A stretch of 64,000 nt of DNA from the human T2T-CHM13v2.0 reference genome, Homo sapiens, in assembly GCF_009914755.1 (NCBI RefSeq), contig NC_060932.1; one strand, written 5' to 3'. Of this stretch, positions 44,704 through 57,971 are shown one piece after another (position 1 is the stretch's first letter; every line of letters begins with the position of its first letter). Under the pieces are notes generated by a model. That model was not told the origin of the DNA. It searched no databases and saw nothing but the letters and a program-made list of their open reading frames with translations. Both the position numbers and the translations under genes were made by a program.

Positions 44704-45492
44704 GGAAAAGGCAAAACTATAGACACAGTAAAAGATTAGTGGTTGCCAGGTGTTGGCAGGGTGCTGGGGGGTGGGGGAATCAATGAATTGGTCAAGTGCC
44801 AAGGATGTTTTTAGGGCAACGAAACTCTTCTGTATGACACTATAATAGTGGATACATGCCACTATATTTTTCCAAATCCATAGAATGCACAACACCAAGA
44901 GTGAACCATAATGTAAACTATGGTCTCTGGGTGATTATAATGTATCAATGTAGGTTCATCAATTATAATAAATGCACTCTGGTGGAGGATGTTGATAATA
45001 GAGGAGGCTATGCATGTATGGGGGCAGGGGATATATGGCAAATCTCTGTACCTTCCTCTCAATTTTTCTGTGAACCTAAAATGCTCTAAAAACTTAGCGT
45101 TGTTTTTTTAGAAAAACTATTTTGCTGACTAAAATTAAAGTATACTGGCTTTCTTTGATGGGCTCAGAGACTCATAGGAATGCATACACATACAAATACT
45201 TAGTTTTATAGATGAGGCAAAAAGATCCTTAGGAACACATATTCAGGTGCAATATACTCTGTAAACACATATTTCTGTACTAACTGCAGAGCACAAATAT
45301 GTTATCCTCATTTGTCAGTACGGGAACAGTCACAGTCCCACCTCTGCTTACTGCTACCTTGCTCTTCCTTTTTAGGCTCCAAATCCCTGAAGCCTTGCTC
45401 TTTAGACCGTTGAAGTAAGCTAGTGAGCAGCATCATGAAGTTGCTCTACCTACAGATGGTGGGGGCCCAGGGGCTACCTGAGTTTATATAGA

Positions 45493-45670
45493 GAAGTGGT
45501 TCTCAAACTAGATGGCGAATTGGAATCACCAGGTGGGCTGCTAGCACTCCCAAAGCACAGATTGACCTTATACCAATTAAATCACAATCTCTAGGTGGTA
45601 ACTTCCAGGCATCAGTATTTTTAAAAAGAACCCCAAGTCGCCCCGTATGTAGTCAAGGTAAAGACCCAGT
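45493..45670. mobile_element. MER5A-like hAT-Charlie MITE
   Basis: agtggttctcaaact..gaatcacc..ccaattaaatcacaatctct..caggcatcagtattttt..aagacccagtg. Confidence 0.8.
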
Positions 45671-45949
45671 GAATTGTCTGATTGTTTCAAATTAGCCACA
45701 GGGCTTCCAAGTGGCATCTTGCTACAGAAATTCCCAAATATGGGCTTCAGTATCTTCTTATTTATCTTAAAACTGATATTAGACTCTTCAATATGACTCA
45801 GTGATCTTGTAAATGCTTATTAAGCCTTAAAATTTGTGGTTTTTTAAAATAACTTGGAAGATCCCTTTTTATAATCTTTCTACTTTTATGGGCAAACACA
45901 ACTCAGCCTGGCTGTCTTTATCAGGAAAATGTCATGTGACTTAGCTGAA

Positions 45950-46080
45950 CGTGCATCAGGTTGGGAGAAAAAAGACGTGAGTTCTAGTTCTGAGTGTGCA
46001 GTAGGCTTCTGGGTAAACCTGGGCAGATCACCTGGCTTCCTTGTCTTTAGTTTTCTCATCCATCCAAGAATAGGGTTGCA
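45950..46080 (+). mobile_element. MIR fragment
   Basis: gacgtgagttctagttctg...aacctgggcagatcac...tttagttttctcatc. Confidence 0.55.
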
Positions 46081-46084
46081 TAGA

Positions 46085-46543
46085 GAGTGTTTCCCAAGCT
46101 TCTATTTTCTGAGTACCTCCCACCTTCATGAATTTTTTGCCAGAGCTACATCCCACCTGTAGTATTATTTATTTAACAGTGCCCTTTATAGTGATTTGTT
46201 CTGCTTAAACTTATTTTAAATATAATTTTAATTGCTTCTATAAGTGAATAACGACTATGACATTTTATAAATAGATGGTAACTGGAAAACAAATATTTTT
46301 ACAGTGCCAATAAATCCTACTTAGGTTTTCTTGTCTGACAAAGGCTTTCAAAATAAGACCTGATTTCTTTTCATGAAAAATAGAAACTAATATATTGGAG
46401 GGGTGTTAAAAACAGCTTTGCATCAAGACATTTTCTCTATCTTATGAGGATTAAAAGAATATTTGCAAAGGGAATAATTTTTTCTCTATGTGATTTAAAT
46501 AAGCTAAAAGTCGTGGTTCATGTTTCTGCACTGGGAAACACTG
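46085..46543 (+). mobile_element. MER113-like hAT-Charlie relic
   Basis: Terminal inverted repeats gAGTGTTTCCCA ... TGGGAAACACTg. Internal ccaccttcatgaattttttgcc and ataaatagatggtaac. Confidence 0.7.
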
Positions 46544-47855
46544 CAGTAAAAGATCATGAAGAGTTTTTCCAACTCTTATATTCCAACTATATATTCCAAA
46601 AACTATATAGCTTTCCCAACTATATTTTCCAACTATATAGTACTCTATTATCACTCTATTGCTCCAACTTGGGCAAAGGAAATAAAAGACTGGAATATTC
46701 TCAGAGGACAGGAAGGGTCTTCTCTCACTACGTCCCCATGGCTATTTCTGATTTAAATGGAGGCAACAAAGTTAGAGATCTGAAGAAAGAAAGATTTGGT
46801 AGCTATGCAGAAGGTAGGTTAAGTTTTCTAGGGGCAGAAAAAGATTCTGAAAAGCAAAATGCCCTGTTGAGAGGTAGTAAATGGCATGTGGAATTAAACT
46901 GTCTACAGGATGGTCTACAGCCAATGCACTGCCCATTAGGCTGGTTAAATTAATAGATACTGTGTGGCTGGCTGATGTCTCTCTTGCTCATGAGGAGAGT
47001 TATCTTCTTTATTTCACACTCTCTGGACCTCTCAAAGGTAAGAAATCAAAATCATTTACCCAACTAAAGGGGCAGAAGTTGCCATCTTATGATATTCCCC
47101 AAAGGCTATGAATCTAATTCAGGCTATTAAGCCTGCCAGGTCTCCTGTCATTCATCTCTCAGCCCTGTCTCACAGGACTAGAAAAGGCAAACTCCCTCAG
47201 GCTGATGCTGTCTCAGGTAAGTCCCCTATCATTGCTGTTTGATACTGCATTCTGGAGGCTGCACTCTATTTGGTATATCTACACTTACCACCAAGCTGCA
47301 CCATCTTTCATCAGGCACCATCTTTTAAAACTCTCATTATTGACTGTATTTAAGCCACAAAATATATATGTATAATTTCAACATGACCTTTATACTTATG
47401 ACTAAAGCTAAGGGGAGGTCTGTCATGGAAAGCTATTCTACCACTTAAATTAAATGATGATAAATGTTGGAACTGTTCAGTTCTCTGTCATCCAAGGCCC
47501 TGGTGTGGCTATTGTTCAGGGGAAAAAAAATCAAATCATTTACTTTGAAAATTCTATGGGCATACTTAGTATTACCCAGGTATAGTATACAAGTTTTTAA
47601 GCACTTTCTGTAAATTAAAATGTTCCAAAAAGGAATAGATTTTAAAATTATATGTTTTAATTTAAAGCCTATTTGTACTAGTAGAGTGATCCTTCTTTCA
47701 GAATTGAATGTCAACTTTGCTTTATTTTGACTCTCAATCGGTTGTTTTCTCAAATGCTGAGTAAAACTAGGTTACGATAAATTTCAAAGAAAGACAATAC
47801 TGAATGAAAGGGACGATATTATACATTGACAGAAAAATGTGAGCTGTGAAAATAA

Positions 47856-47929
47856 AAGTAGAAAATAAAAGAGAAATATGCTACTTATATGGAAGTAGAA
47901 AATAAAAGAGAAATATGCTACTTATATGG
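47856..47929. repeat. Perfect 37-bp tandem duplication
   Basis: aagtagaaaataaaagagaaatatgctacttatatgg x2. Confidence 0.93.
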
Positions 47930-48504
47930 AAACATTCTTAGAAATATATATGAGAATTTATGTGGATTCATGTATGCTTTCTAAATGGAAACTTTTAGGA
48001 AAAATGTTACAAGATGTGGCTTGTAGAGTAAGTGGCGATTGTAGAGAAGGTTAAAAAAACAAAAAAGTTACCCCTGCACGTTGACCAATGTTCCTTCTTA
48101 TTTTCAACCAACTCATCCAGCTGTTATGACAATCAAATAATGTAATGTGCATGGAAATGTTTTGTGAATTCTAAATCATGGTTCAAATATATGGTATGAT
48201 TTCTTTTATCATTATTTTTTTAATGATGGAAATAGTATTGTCTACCAAGCATGGAAAGAACTTCTTTGGTCATTGAGAGGTAGGCACTTGAACACTGCAG
48301 ATACAGATTTAGGTCTTAATTTGTACTCATTTAGCAAACCACCTATTAAATCTGGCCCAAATGTTTGCCTTAGATTTTCCAGGAAATAAAACACTCTGAG
48401 CCTATATGTAGCATCTAATACAGGCTATACATTGGGATTACCAGGAAAACTAGGAGCTCAAGAGCTTAGAAATCACAAGAATAGGCCCCCAAAAGACCTC
48501 TAGG

Positions 48505-48811
48505 GGCCAGGTGCAGTGGCTTGTGCCAGTAATCCCAGCACTTTGGGAGGCTGTGATGGGAGGATCACTTAGTTCAGGAGTTCAAGACTGGCCTGGGCAA
48601 CATAGTGAGATCCCATCCGTAAAAAAAAGTGTAAAAAAAAAATTAGCTGTGTGTGGTGGGCACATGCCTCTAGCCCTGGCTGCTCCAGAGGAGACTGTGG
48701 TGGGAGAATCACTCGAGCCTGGGAGTTCGAAGTTGCACTGAGCTATGATCATGCCACACTGCACTCCAGCCTGGGCAACATAGTGAACCCTGTCTAAAGA
48801 AAACAAACAAA
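48505..48811 (+). mobile_element. AluJ
   Basis: Divergent dimer with J-type features (gggaggatcactt, ctgggcaacatagtgaga, gagctatgatc). TSD aaaagacctctagg / aaaaaccctctagg. Confidence 0.93.
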
Positions 48812-49369
48812 AAAAACCCTCTAGGAACACAGAACAATGCTCAGCTGTTATACCTTATTGTGACTAAATAGAAAATCAAGAAGCTAAAAATAAGTAAGAT
48901 GCCTTCCTCCTTCCCCCCACAAACTTCTTTAAATGAACCTGAGACCTGTTTCTCAAGTGTTTATATCATCAGTATTCATAGGTGTGCTAAATGACACAAC
49001 CAGTGTATTTAAAATTATCAAAGTAAATTTTAAAATGTCCTTTCAGTTTTGTAACTTTGACTCAATTTCTTTTTTAAAAAATTTACTAATTTGTTTACAA
49101 AAATAGGTAAGCATCCCTCACATATCATTGGTGTAATTTAAAAGAGATTTTTAATGAGTAATGTGTCATCTTGTAGTACATGTAAATGGTCTGCATAATT
49201 TCCAATTAGACTTGAATTTATAATATTTATGGATATTTGCAGAATTTAAACTAATTGGAATAATCATTCCAGTTGTTGATCAAATTAGAAATGATACCAT
49301 CAAAACTTTTTGAGCCTTGATTTTAAAAAATAATTCATTCTTTCCTATTTCAAAAAAGTAGATCTGTGA

Positions 49370-50440
49370 CTGTCTATATCGGTTAATGGAATATCAGACA
49401 ATTTAAATCAACCCTGCCCTGGAAGTCAATTGAAAAACAAGAGTAAAATTTTAAAATTTTTTGTAGAAGCATTGACTATATGGCAAAAGAAGAATTACCA
49501 GGCCAAAATAAAGTGGAAAAAAATCGAACACAGAAGGATAAGGGTGCACAGATGCTTTAGCCTTGAGGACATTTCAGATGCGGGGGTGAGTGTAGGAATT
49601 AGTAGAATGTTTGCTTTGACAGTCTATGGGAGAACAGGATGGAGGGTTGGCAGAGGGTACAGAAGACTCTCCGAACAGTAAGCTAGGATTCTACAATATT
49701 ATTTCCCAGGGTGAAGGTGAACCGGAGGTGGAGCAAATCATAGGAAACACAGCCAAGATCAAATCAACTGTCTCAAGCCTTCAACCTGGTTTATAGAGAA
49801 ACCAAGCTCTGGGAAAAAAGCAAACGTAAATCTTCTCTGGAGAAAAATATCTTCATTTTAAACCTGAAATTATTTCTATATATTTTATTTTAATCATTTC
49901 TTACAGGATAATAATAATAATAAAGCACAAGAGGAAATTCCATGAGTGAGAACCAGCAGAAGTAACAGAAAAGATCCTTAAAATATTGAGGAATTGGAAT
50001 GATCAGACTCAGACTGTAAATTAACTATGCTGATTATGTACAAGGAAATAAAAAGCAAGTTTCAAGATATGTGCAGAGAAAAGAAAGTGATAAAGAGGAA
50101 CATAAAAGATTAGTAAAAGAACTAAGTGGAACTGTTAGAAAAAATCTCAATGGGCGAACTTCAGCTTCTGCCCAAGATGTAGTAACAGGAACTGGATTTA
50201 CCCTCTTACCACAACAGCAAGCAAACAAAATATGTAAAAGTTCAATTGGCAGGTTTAAGAGCAGACTAGACACACCTCAAAAGAGAGTAAGTGAGCTGGG
50301 AGATAAGTGTGAACAAACTCTTCAAAGTGTGAAAAGGAGAAATGAAAAGATATGACACAGAAGAGGGTAAGACATGTATGTAAGAGGTGCATACATTTAA
50401 TCATAACCCCAGAAGAAGAGACAGAGAATACAGGGCTGTG
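49370..50440 (+). mobile_element. Ancient L1ME/HAL1-like 5' and ORF1 remnant
   Basis: Coiled-coil ORF1-like peptide GRFKSRLDTPQKRVSELGDK and gaattggaatgatcagactcagactgtaaa. Confidence 0.55.
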
Positions 50441-50449
50441 AATTTTACA

Positions 50450-53400
50450 ATAATTCATTTTAAAATGAAACTGCATTTTGAGATAATTACAGATTCACAC
50501 ATAGTTGTAAGTCATAATACAGAGAGATCCCCTGTGTCCTTTACTCAGTTACCCCCAATAGCAACATCTTGCAAAATTATATTACAATATCAGAATGAGA
50601 AAATTGAAATTGACACACTAAAAAACAGTTCCATCATGCAAGGATCTCTCTTAGTGTCCTGTTATAGCCACATCTACCTTCCTTGTCTCCCCTTTCCCAA
50701 CCCTCGGCAACCACTAAACTTTGTTCCACTTCTAAAATTTGTCATTTTATATGAGTATTGTATAAATGGAATCGTAGAGTGTGTGACCTTTTAGGATTGG
50801 ATTTACTCATTCAGTATTACTCCCTAGAGATTCATCCAAGCTGTGTGCATCAACAGCTCATTCCATAGTGTGGATGTACCCAAGGCTATTTAACCTTCAT
50901 CCACTGGATACTTTCTAGTTTTTGGCTATTACAAATAAAGCTGCTATGGACATTCATGTTCAGGTTTTCATTTCTCTGGGGAAAATGCTTAAGAGTGCAA
51001 TTGCTGAGTCTCCTAGTAGTTTCTTGTTTAGTTTTGTAAGAAACTTGAAACTATTTTCCAGATTAGCTGTAGTATTTTACATTCCCACCAAAATATATAA
51101 ATGATTTCGTTTCTTTGCATCTTTTCCAGCATTTGGTGTTGTCACTGTTGCTTATTTTGTCCATTCTGACCGGTATGTGGTACTCTCTCATCCTAATCTT
51201 AGTTTGCATTTCCCTAATGGCTAATGATGCTAAATATAATTTCATGTGCTTATTTGCCAACCATATATCCTCTTTGTTGAAATCTCTCTTCAAATCTTTT
51301 TCCAATTTTCTAACCGGATTGCTTGATTTTTTTTCACTGTTGTGTCTTGAGAATTGTAGCTTCTAGATACTAGTCCTTCATCTGGTATGTGGTTTGCAAA
51401 TACATTCTTCCAGACTATAGGTTGTCTTTTCATCATTTTAATAGGCCTGTTGTAAAGAAAAAAGTTTTTATTTTTATGAATTCCAGTTTATCAAAATTTC
51501 CTTTTATGGATCATCCTTTTGATGTCATGTCTAAGAACTATTGGCCTAGCTCTAGCTCTAGACTACATTCTAGAGATTTTCTCCTGTGTTTCTTTTTCTA
51601 AAAGTTTTCGTTTGTTTGTTTGTTTGTTTGTTTGTTTGAGATGGAGTTTAGCTCTTGTTGCCCAGGCTGGAGTGCAATGGCGGCATCTCGGCTCACTACC
51701 ACCTCTGTCTCCCCGGGTTCAAGCGATTCTCTTCCCTCAGCCTCCAGAGTAGCTGGGATTACAGGCGCGCGCCAACATGTCCAGCTAATTTTTGTATTTT
51801 TAGGAGAGACTGGGTTTCACCACTTTGGCCAGGCTGGTCTTGAACTCCTGACCTCAGGCAATCCACCTGCCTCAGACTCCCAAAGTGCTAGAATTACAGG
51901 CGTGAGCCACTATGTCCAGCCTTTCTAAAAGTTTTCTATTTTTACATTTTACATTTAAGTCCATGATCAATTTTGAGTTAAATTTTACATAAGATGTGAG
52001 GTTTGAGTTGAGGTTATTTTTTTTTTTTTTTTTTGCCTATGGAAATCCAATTTCTTCAGCATTATTTATTGAAAATATTACATTTTCCTTCCTCCGCTGA
52101 ACTCCTTTTGCATCTTTGTCAAAACCAGTTTACCATACTTGTGTGAGTATATATTTTTCTCTATTCTGTTCCATTAATCTTTGTGTCTATTCCTCCACTT
52201 ACATCTTGATTGCTGTAGGTACCTATTTTATTAAACCTTAATATCAGATTCCTCCTACTTCCCTCTTCTTTATCAAGACTGTTTTAGCTATTCTAAGACC
52301 TCTGCCTGTCCGTATAAATTTTAGGTTAAACTTATCTATGTCTAGAAAATATCATCTTCTGGAATTTTGAAAGGAATTACACTAAATCTCTGGGTCAATT
52401 TTGGGAGAATTGACATCTTTACTATGTGGAGTCTTCCTATCCATAACACAGTATGTCTCCTCATTTGCTTAGATATTCTTTGATTTCTTTCACCAGCATT
52501 TTGAAGTTTTCAGCACACAAATCCTGTACATGTTTTATCAGATTTATAACTAAATATTTCATGTTATTTGCTGTGATTGTAAATGGTATTGTGTTTTCAT
52601 TTCAGTTTCCACACGTTCATTGTTGTATGCAGAAATGTGATTGATTTTTTTGTGTTGATCTTGTATCCTTCAAACTTGTTAAACTCACTTATTAGTTCTA
52701 GAAGTGTCTATTTTTGGGAAGGGGATAGATTTCTTGGAATTTTCTGCATAGACAATCATGCCATTGGCAAATAGGAACCGTTTCATTTCTTCCTCTCCAA
52801 TCTGTATGACTTTGATTTGTTTTACTTGCCTTACCGTAGTGGCCAGATTTTCAGTTTGTTGTTTAAGGGGTTAAAGCAGATACCCTTACTTTGTTCCCAA
52901 TATTAGAGACAAAGCAATCATTCCATTACCATTAAATGTGATGTTAACCGTACTTTTTTTGCAAATGTGCTTTATCAAGTTGATGAGGAGCCCTCTATTC
53001 CTAGGTTACTAAGAGTTTTTATTATTAATGGATATTAAAATTTGTCAAATGTTTTCTCTTTGTCAAATGATATGATTGTATGATTTTTTCTTCTTTAGCT
53101 TGTTGATGTGGTAGATTTCACTGATTGACTTTTGAATGTCAGAGTAGCCTTGTATAAAATCCAGTCCACTTGCCATGGTATATAATTCTTTTATGCTCTG
53201 CTGAGTTGAATTTGCTAGTATTTTGTGATAATTTTTACCTGTAAGTTCATGAGATATATTGGCCTGTAGCTTTCTTTATTTTTGTGGTCTTGGCCTGGTT
53301 TCAGTTTCAGAGAAATAAATATTCACATGTAAAATGAGTTGGCAGTGTTTCTTCCACCAGTACTTTCTATAAGAGATTTTCAAAATTTGATGTTAATTAC

Positions 53401-54167
53401 TCATGGGAGTGCCAGCTAGCCATTCTTGGCACTGCCTTTTGTTTACCTCCTTCATAATAGGTGGGTGTGGAAGTTTAGCTCACCACTGTGCCTTGCTGAC
53501 CCAGAGATGGGGTACAGGAACCTGCTTACTAGTCCTAACACCGCCGTCAGTCTAGTTGATGCTAAGTAGGAGCGGAGGCTCAGTTGCAGCTGGTCCCTGG
53601 CAGGGGATTCTGAGTACTGCCTGCTTCTTCTGGACAAGTAATGGAAGGTCAGTTGCATGCTGTCCCTGTAGATACCACCAGGCAGGGAATTGGAGTGCTC
53701 AGCCCACACTAGGCTCTGCAGAGTGGGGTTGGGAGTCGGATGGGCCAAGAGATCAACTTCTCCCTTGATTGGCCCCATGAAACTATGGGGGTGGGTTTGG
53801 GGGAGTTGTTTTATCCGTGAATATTTAGTTGGAGTAGGATGGGTATTGTCCAAATAATTTTCTCTTGTTAGGCCATGCCTTTCCTGGTATTTTCATGAGG
53901 GGCCGTAGGCTTTCTTGGAGATATTTTTGTCTGTCTGATAGAGGCTTTTGCAGCAGCCTGTCAAAGATATATGGGAAGCAATAAGGAAACTCTAGGAAGT
54001 CACCACTATGTCTCCTTGAATCCCAAAGTCCCCAGGCATCCTGCCTTCTTCTTTCCATAGTTTGAAGTCTTCCTTTGCTTGTTATTGTGTTTTGTCAAGG
54101 GCTTTTTAATTGCAGCAGGACAACCTGAAGGGATGTGACTACTCTATCATGGTAGAACCAAAAGTTC
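50450..54167 (-). mobile_element. Old L1MC/MD element: 3'UTR and ORF2 3' half joined at ~53402 to a 5'UTR-like segment
   Basis: Minus-strand ORF2 remnant ([28 protein letters not shown]). 3'UTR cagagagatcccctgtgtcctttactcag. L1M-like start near 54167. Confidence 0.8.
51610..51921 (-). mobile_element. AluS (AluSq/Sp-like) with (CAAA)n tail
   Basis: Perfect 15-bp TSD tttctaaaagttttc at 51595-51609 and 51922-51936. Confidence 0.96.
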
Positions 54168-54769
54168 TTCAAGACTTTAAAGACACCAATCTACACGGTT
54201 TTTGTAGAAACACTGCAACACAGACACAAGGGGTTTGGTTTGGCTTATCTAAAAAACCAGTGGCATTATGGAAGAGCAGCCACAGGCCTCCTTCTCTGCC
54301 TGCAATGTGCCAGTCCATGGATTGGATCCTCAAGGGCTCTGGTTCTCCCTCCCTGCATGGTGATTCAAATCCTTCTTTTGGGATCCCAAAGAATTTGAGT
54401 CAGTTAACAAGTCTTTCCAGACATTTAGTGTTTTAAGTCCCCGAAAGGAGATGTTTCATGTCCAAAGTGGACTCGAAGCCGGCTCCCTATAAGGCAGGAA
54501 GGTTTCAAGGAAAGAGGGAGAAAGCTGAGGTTGGGGGAAGCTGATTTTCTATACTCCAGGTAGGTGGGACCTCTGTGTTAGCCTTTCCTCTGGTGCAAGC
54601 TGGGTGCTGTAGTTGAAAACTACGAACTCTAAACTTACTATCTGAAATAGACATAGCTAAATACAATGTATGCAAGTAATTATAAAGCACCTAAGTAACT
54701 ATAAAACAAATAACGTTTTCCAGAAGCAGAACAATAGTAGTGAGGGGCACTGACAGAGGAGTGTGGCAG

Positions 54770-55130
54770 AAGTGGATAATCTTGGCAAATTTAGGCAAGT
54801 GTCTTGGATTCCTTATGGAGGGAACAGGGGATAATAGCAGAACCTACCTTAACACCAGGTGAGAATTAAATGAAGTAGTTCATTTAAGGCACCCATCAAT
54901 AGTAAAGTCCCCCCTAAGCAGTAGCTGCCGCCATTATTATTACTCTTCAGTGCTGAATCTGTGACTTTCAGACTTTTTTGACATTTAAAAAATATTATCT
55001 TTTCATTTTACAGAAAAATACTGGAAAGGTATATACGTTCTCAAGCTCAAGTAGGTGCTAAATGAGAAAACTGGATTTAGACCTGAAGCACAGGACCACC
55101 ATGCTCTTGCCATTAAATCACACCACCTTT
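54770..55130. mobile_element. Two MIR fragments (+ at ~54770-54940, - at ~54985-55130)
   Basis: ggggataatagcagaacctacc..gagaattaaatga, then cattttacag...ctggatttagacc. Confidence 0.55.
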
Positions 55131-56429
55131 TTCAGACAGAAAATTGGTGCCCGTGAGAAGTGGAGATAAAAGGCTTGCAGGCTTCCCAGGAGACAGGGTT
55201 CACCCATAAAAGGGCAAAGACAGGCAGACTTCATAGCGAAGGAAGTTTTTAAGCAGGGCTTTTAGAAATCAGAAACATTTACAAATGCAAAAAACAGTGA
55301 ATGGGCTTTCCAGGTGGTAGAATATGACTGAGGTCACAGCTTCAACCTGCCTCTTTCTGTTAAGGTCACACTATCCTCTCATAAAGTGAGAGCAAGACGG
55401 CCAAGCCCAGGAAACTGCAAGGGTGCCTTATGAACTGACACGTAAGTATTTTGGTAGAACCATACCCTCCATTGGCAGAAAATGGCATTTTATACCACAT
55501 GTCTCTGAAGTTTGGTTTCACTGTGCAGAGTTTTACTATAGAAAAAAGAAATATGAAAAACTTAAAATGCATTATAGACAACTATGCAAAACTTTTGAGC
55601 CTGTGTTTTTTAAAATATAGGAGTTGATTTTAAAATTACAGTTTTCCTGGTAAATACACTTATTACTTAGATTGTCCGTGTCATATCCTAGCCTCAGCTT
55701 TGTCAGTTACACACCAGCAAAAATATCCTGCATTTATTTCTCTCTCCTGCTTCCCTGCTATTGGTCATATAACAATTCAAATGCAATTTCATGCAATTTT
55801 TCAACTTAACAAAAACAGTATTTGAAGCTTCTTAAATGCCTTTTCAGAAGCTCATTGTTAATATAGCCCTTGTATCTTTTATTATATCTGAGAAAGGAAA
55901 CTGCATAGAAAAGGTCAGGTTTTTATTCCTCTGTGGCTGAGTCTTGTTATTAAATAAAAGTATTTATCTATGTTCATAACCTGAGAAAAAGGCTTGCCTG
56001 CTATGAGTCATTATCAGAGTTTGAACTGTGAGTCACTGGAACATACTGACAGGGAAATTGATTATCCAAAGAAAGTGTGAAGGTGACACTGTATATCATT
56101 TTTAATATATAATACATATATGGAAGAAAGATAAACAAAAGGAAAGCCACATGCAGACACAGCCCAGGTCTCATCCTTCTTCCCGGCTGACAGTGAGCCC
56201 CCTCCCTCCCCTGTGCCTGCAACTTTTGAATCAAGGGACTTCTCCTGATATTTTCACTGGCCTCTGAATAGCTCTCTTGCTCTTTAAGCCAGAGGCTCCC
56301 CTAAGATGAGTCCTGGTTTGAGGTCTCTAAGTACCTGAGTAGTCTTCTGTCAGGATACAACTGCGAATTCTTGCCACCTGCCTTATTAGTATTCAGTGCT
56401 CGCTATTATTGCCAGTATCATTATCATCA

Positions 56430-56930
56430 TTAGAAGCTCCCATATTCACAGGTGCTCACTCAGTATCAGGCATCGTGGACATTTTATGTCAGGTATCTTG
56501 TGTCTTCCCTGCCCTGATCCCTGGAGGTGCCATTTTACAGGACAAGGCAACAAGCCACTAAAAGGGACAAATCGGGTGCCCAGGGAGAGCCAGGAACCTC
56601 TCAGGTCTGGGGGACAACAGGCTCCCTCCCCCTCTTCACTTCTGTGAACAATCTCTTTAAAGTCAGATCTGCTTCCCTTTCACTGGAAAGGACATTGCCA
56701 ATGGTGTTATTCATTATTTTTTGCATTTATACATTCACCACTTCTTGGTGAAATTTAATATAAAATTTCTATCATTATGAAAACAGAAAAAAGAACTTAG
56801 AAGCAAGTTATGCATTACCACCAACTCACAGTGTGACCCCGGAATGCAATTCAACCTCTCTGGGCATTGGATTTCTAAAATACCTAATTAGATGACTCTA
56901 ATCACTTGCTTCCCACTCTAATCTTCTGAT
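56430..56930. mobile_element. MIR/MIR3 fragments
   Basis: gccattttacaggacaaggcaac (-) and gtgtgaccccgg..tcaacctctctgggcatt (+). Confidence 0.45.
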
Positions 56931-57084
56931 TTGTCTAAGTCAAGAAGGCCAATGTTCTCTCCCTTCATCAAACAGTTTTATGATGGTTACTTTTGTTATC
57001 AGATGCCGCCCAAAATAGCAATGTGGTCTCCGTGGACTGCAGAAAAAGTCAGCAGGTGAGGCCATCCACGGGCACACCTTCGAC

Positions 57085-57462
57085 CCCCTTGGTTCCTCTG
57101 CTCTCTCCTCTGTCCAGCCTCCAGCCACTCTGGGCCACTTTCAGGTCCTGAGCACAACGACTCTGGTCCCCTGTGGGCCTCGGCCCTGACTTTCTCCTCT
57201 ACACTTGGCTAGCTTTACTGGTGCTCATCATTCGCTCAGCCAGCACCTGCTTTCCATCTTCCCTGCCCCACCCAGGGCAAGAGGCCCTTCTACGAATTCC
57301 TCCTATGCGTCCCTCTTATGAATTACACTTGAGTACTTAACCAGCCTAGAAGTTCTTGACAACAGGGACAGGATCTTGTCCCTCATGGTAACTGCAGTGC
57401 CCAGCACAACATCTGGCACATAGTAAATCTTCAGAAAATGCATGAACAAACTGGTGAATGAA
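57085..57462 (+). mobile_element. L2 3' fragment
   Basis: cagtgcccagcacaacatctggcacatagtaaatcttcagaaaatgcatgaa tail. Confidence 0.65.
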
Positions 57463-57971
57463 CCACTCAAATGCCACCCTGCTTCTGACCACCACTGTGC
57501 CCAGAGCTGTTACTCCTGGGCAAATCTCCAATCCATTAGTTATTGTGAAAAAACTCCCATAAAGCATTTTCTTAAAATAATGAAACAACAACAACAAAAA
57601 ATCTCCATGCCCAAAGCCTGCTCCTAATAGCACAAGGTCTGGTTTCCCTTATGTAATTCTCACTTCTGCCCTTCTGGGCTGTCTGAGATAAGAGGTGTCA
57701 GGCTAGAAGTGAGGTATATTCTCCAGTGCACAGCTCTATTGTTCAAGCCTCTGAACAAACCTCAAACCTCAAACCATCCACAACTGCAGAAATAGAAAAG
57801 TGCCGACTTAGAAAAAAATGATTAGCTATTAAATCATAGGCATGCTGACTTTTGAAATAGCTAATAACTCCCTCAGAGGATTGCAGACCATGACCAACAT
57901 CTTGGCATCAGTAGGAGAGGAGGAATTCTTAACATCACTAGCACTTTGGACACTCCTGTACCTTCCTCTGA

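Larger units (their letters stand above)
39150..45095 (+). mobile_element. L1MC1-like element (5'UTR, most of ORF1 missing, degenerate ORF2, 3'UTR)
   Basis: ORF2 remnants (KNRQIDQWNRIES.EIDPH). 3'UTR ccatagaatgcacaacaccaagagtgaacc...gtaccttcctctcaatttttctgtgaacctaaa. Confidence 0.85.

Noticed and set aside
46444-46953. 169-aa plus-strand ORF
   Set aside because: It starts inside a MER113 relic and crosses a micro-repeat, with no recognisable domain. Most likely a chance ORF.
48511-51928. ORFs at 48511-48830 and 51519-51928
   Set aside because: Translations of Alu sequence.
53452-54436. 108-133 aa ORFs
   Set aside because: They lie in or next to a decayed L1 5'UTR with higher GC, with no homology or splice support.
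55014-55028. Micro-exon-like cattttacag|AAAAATACTGGAAAG|gtatat
   Set aside because: The acceptor is the standard antisense MIR core motif and the donor is weak.
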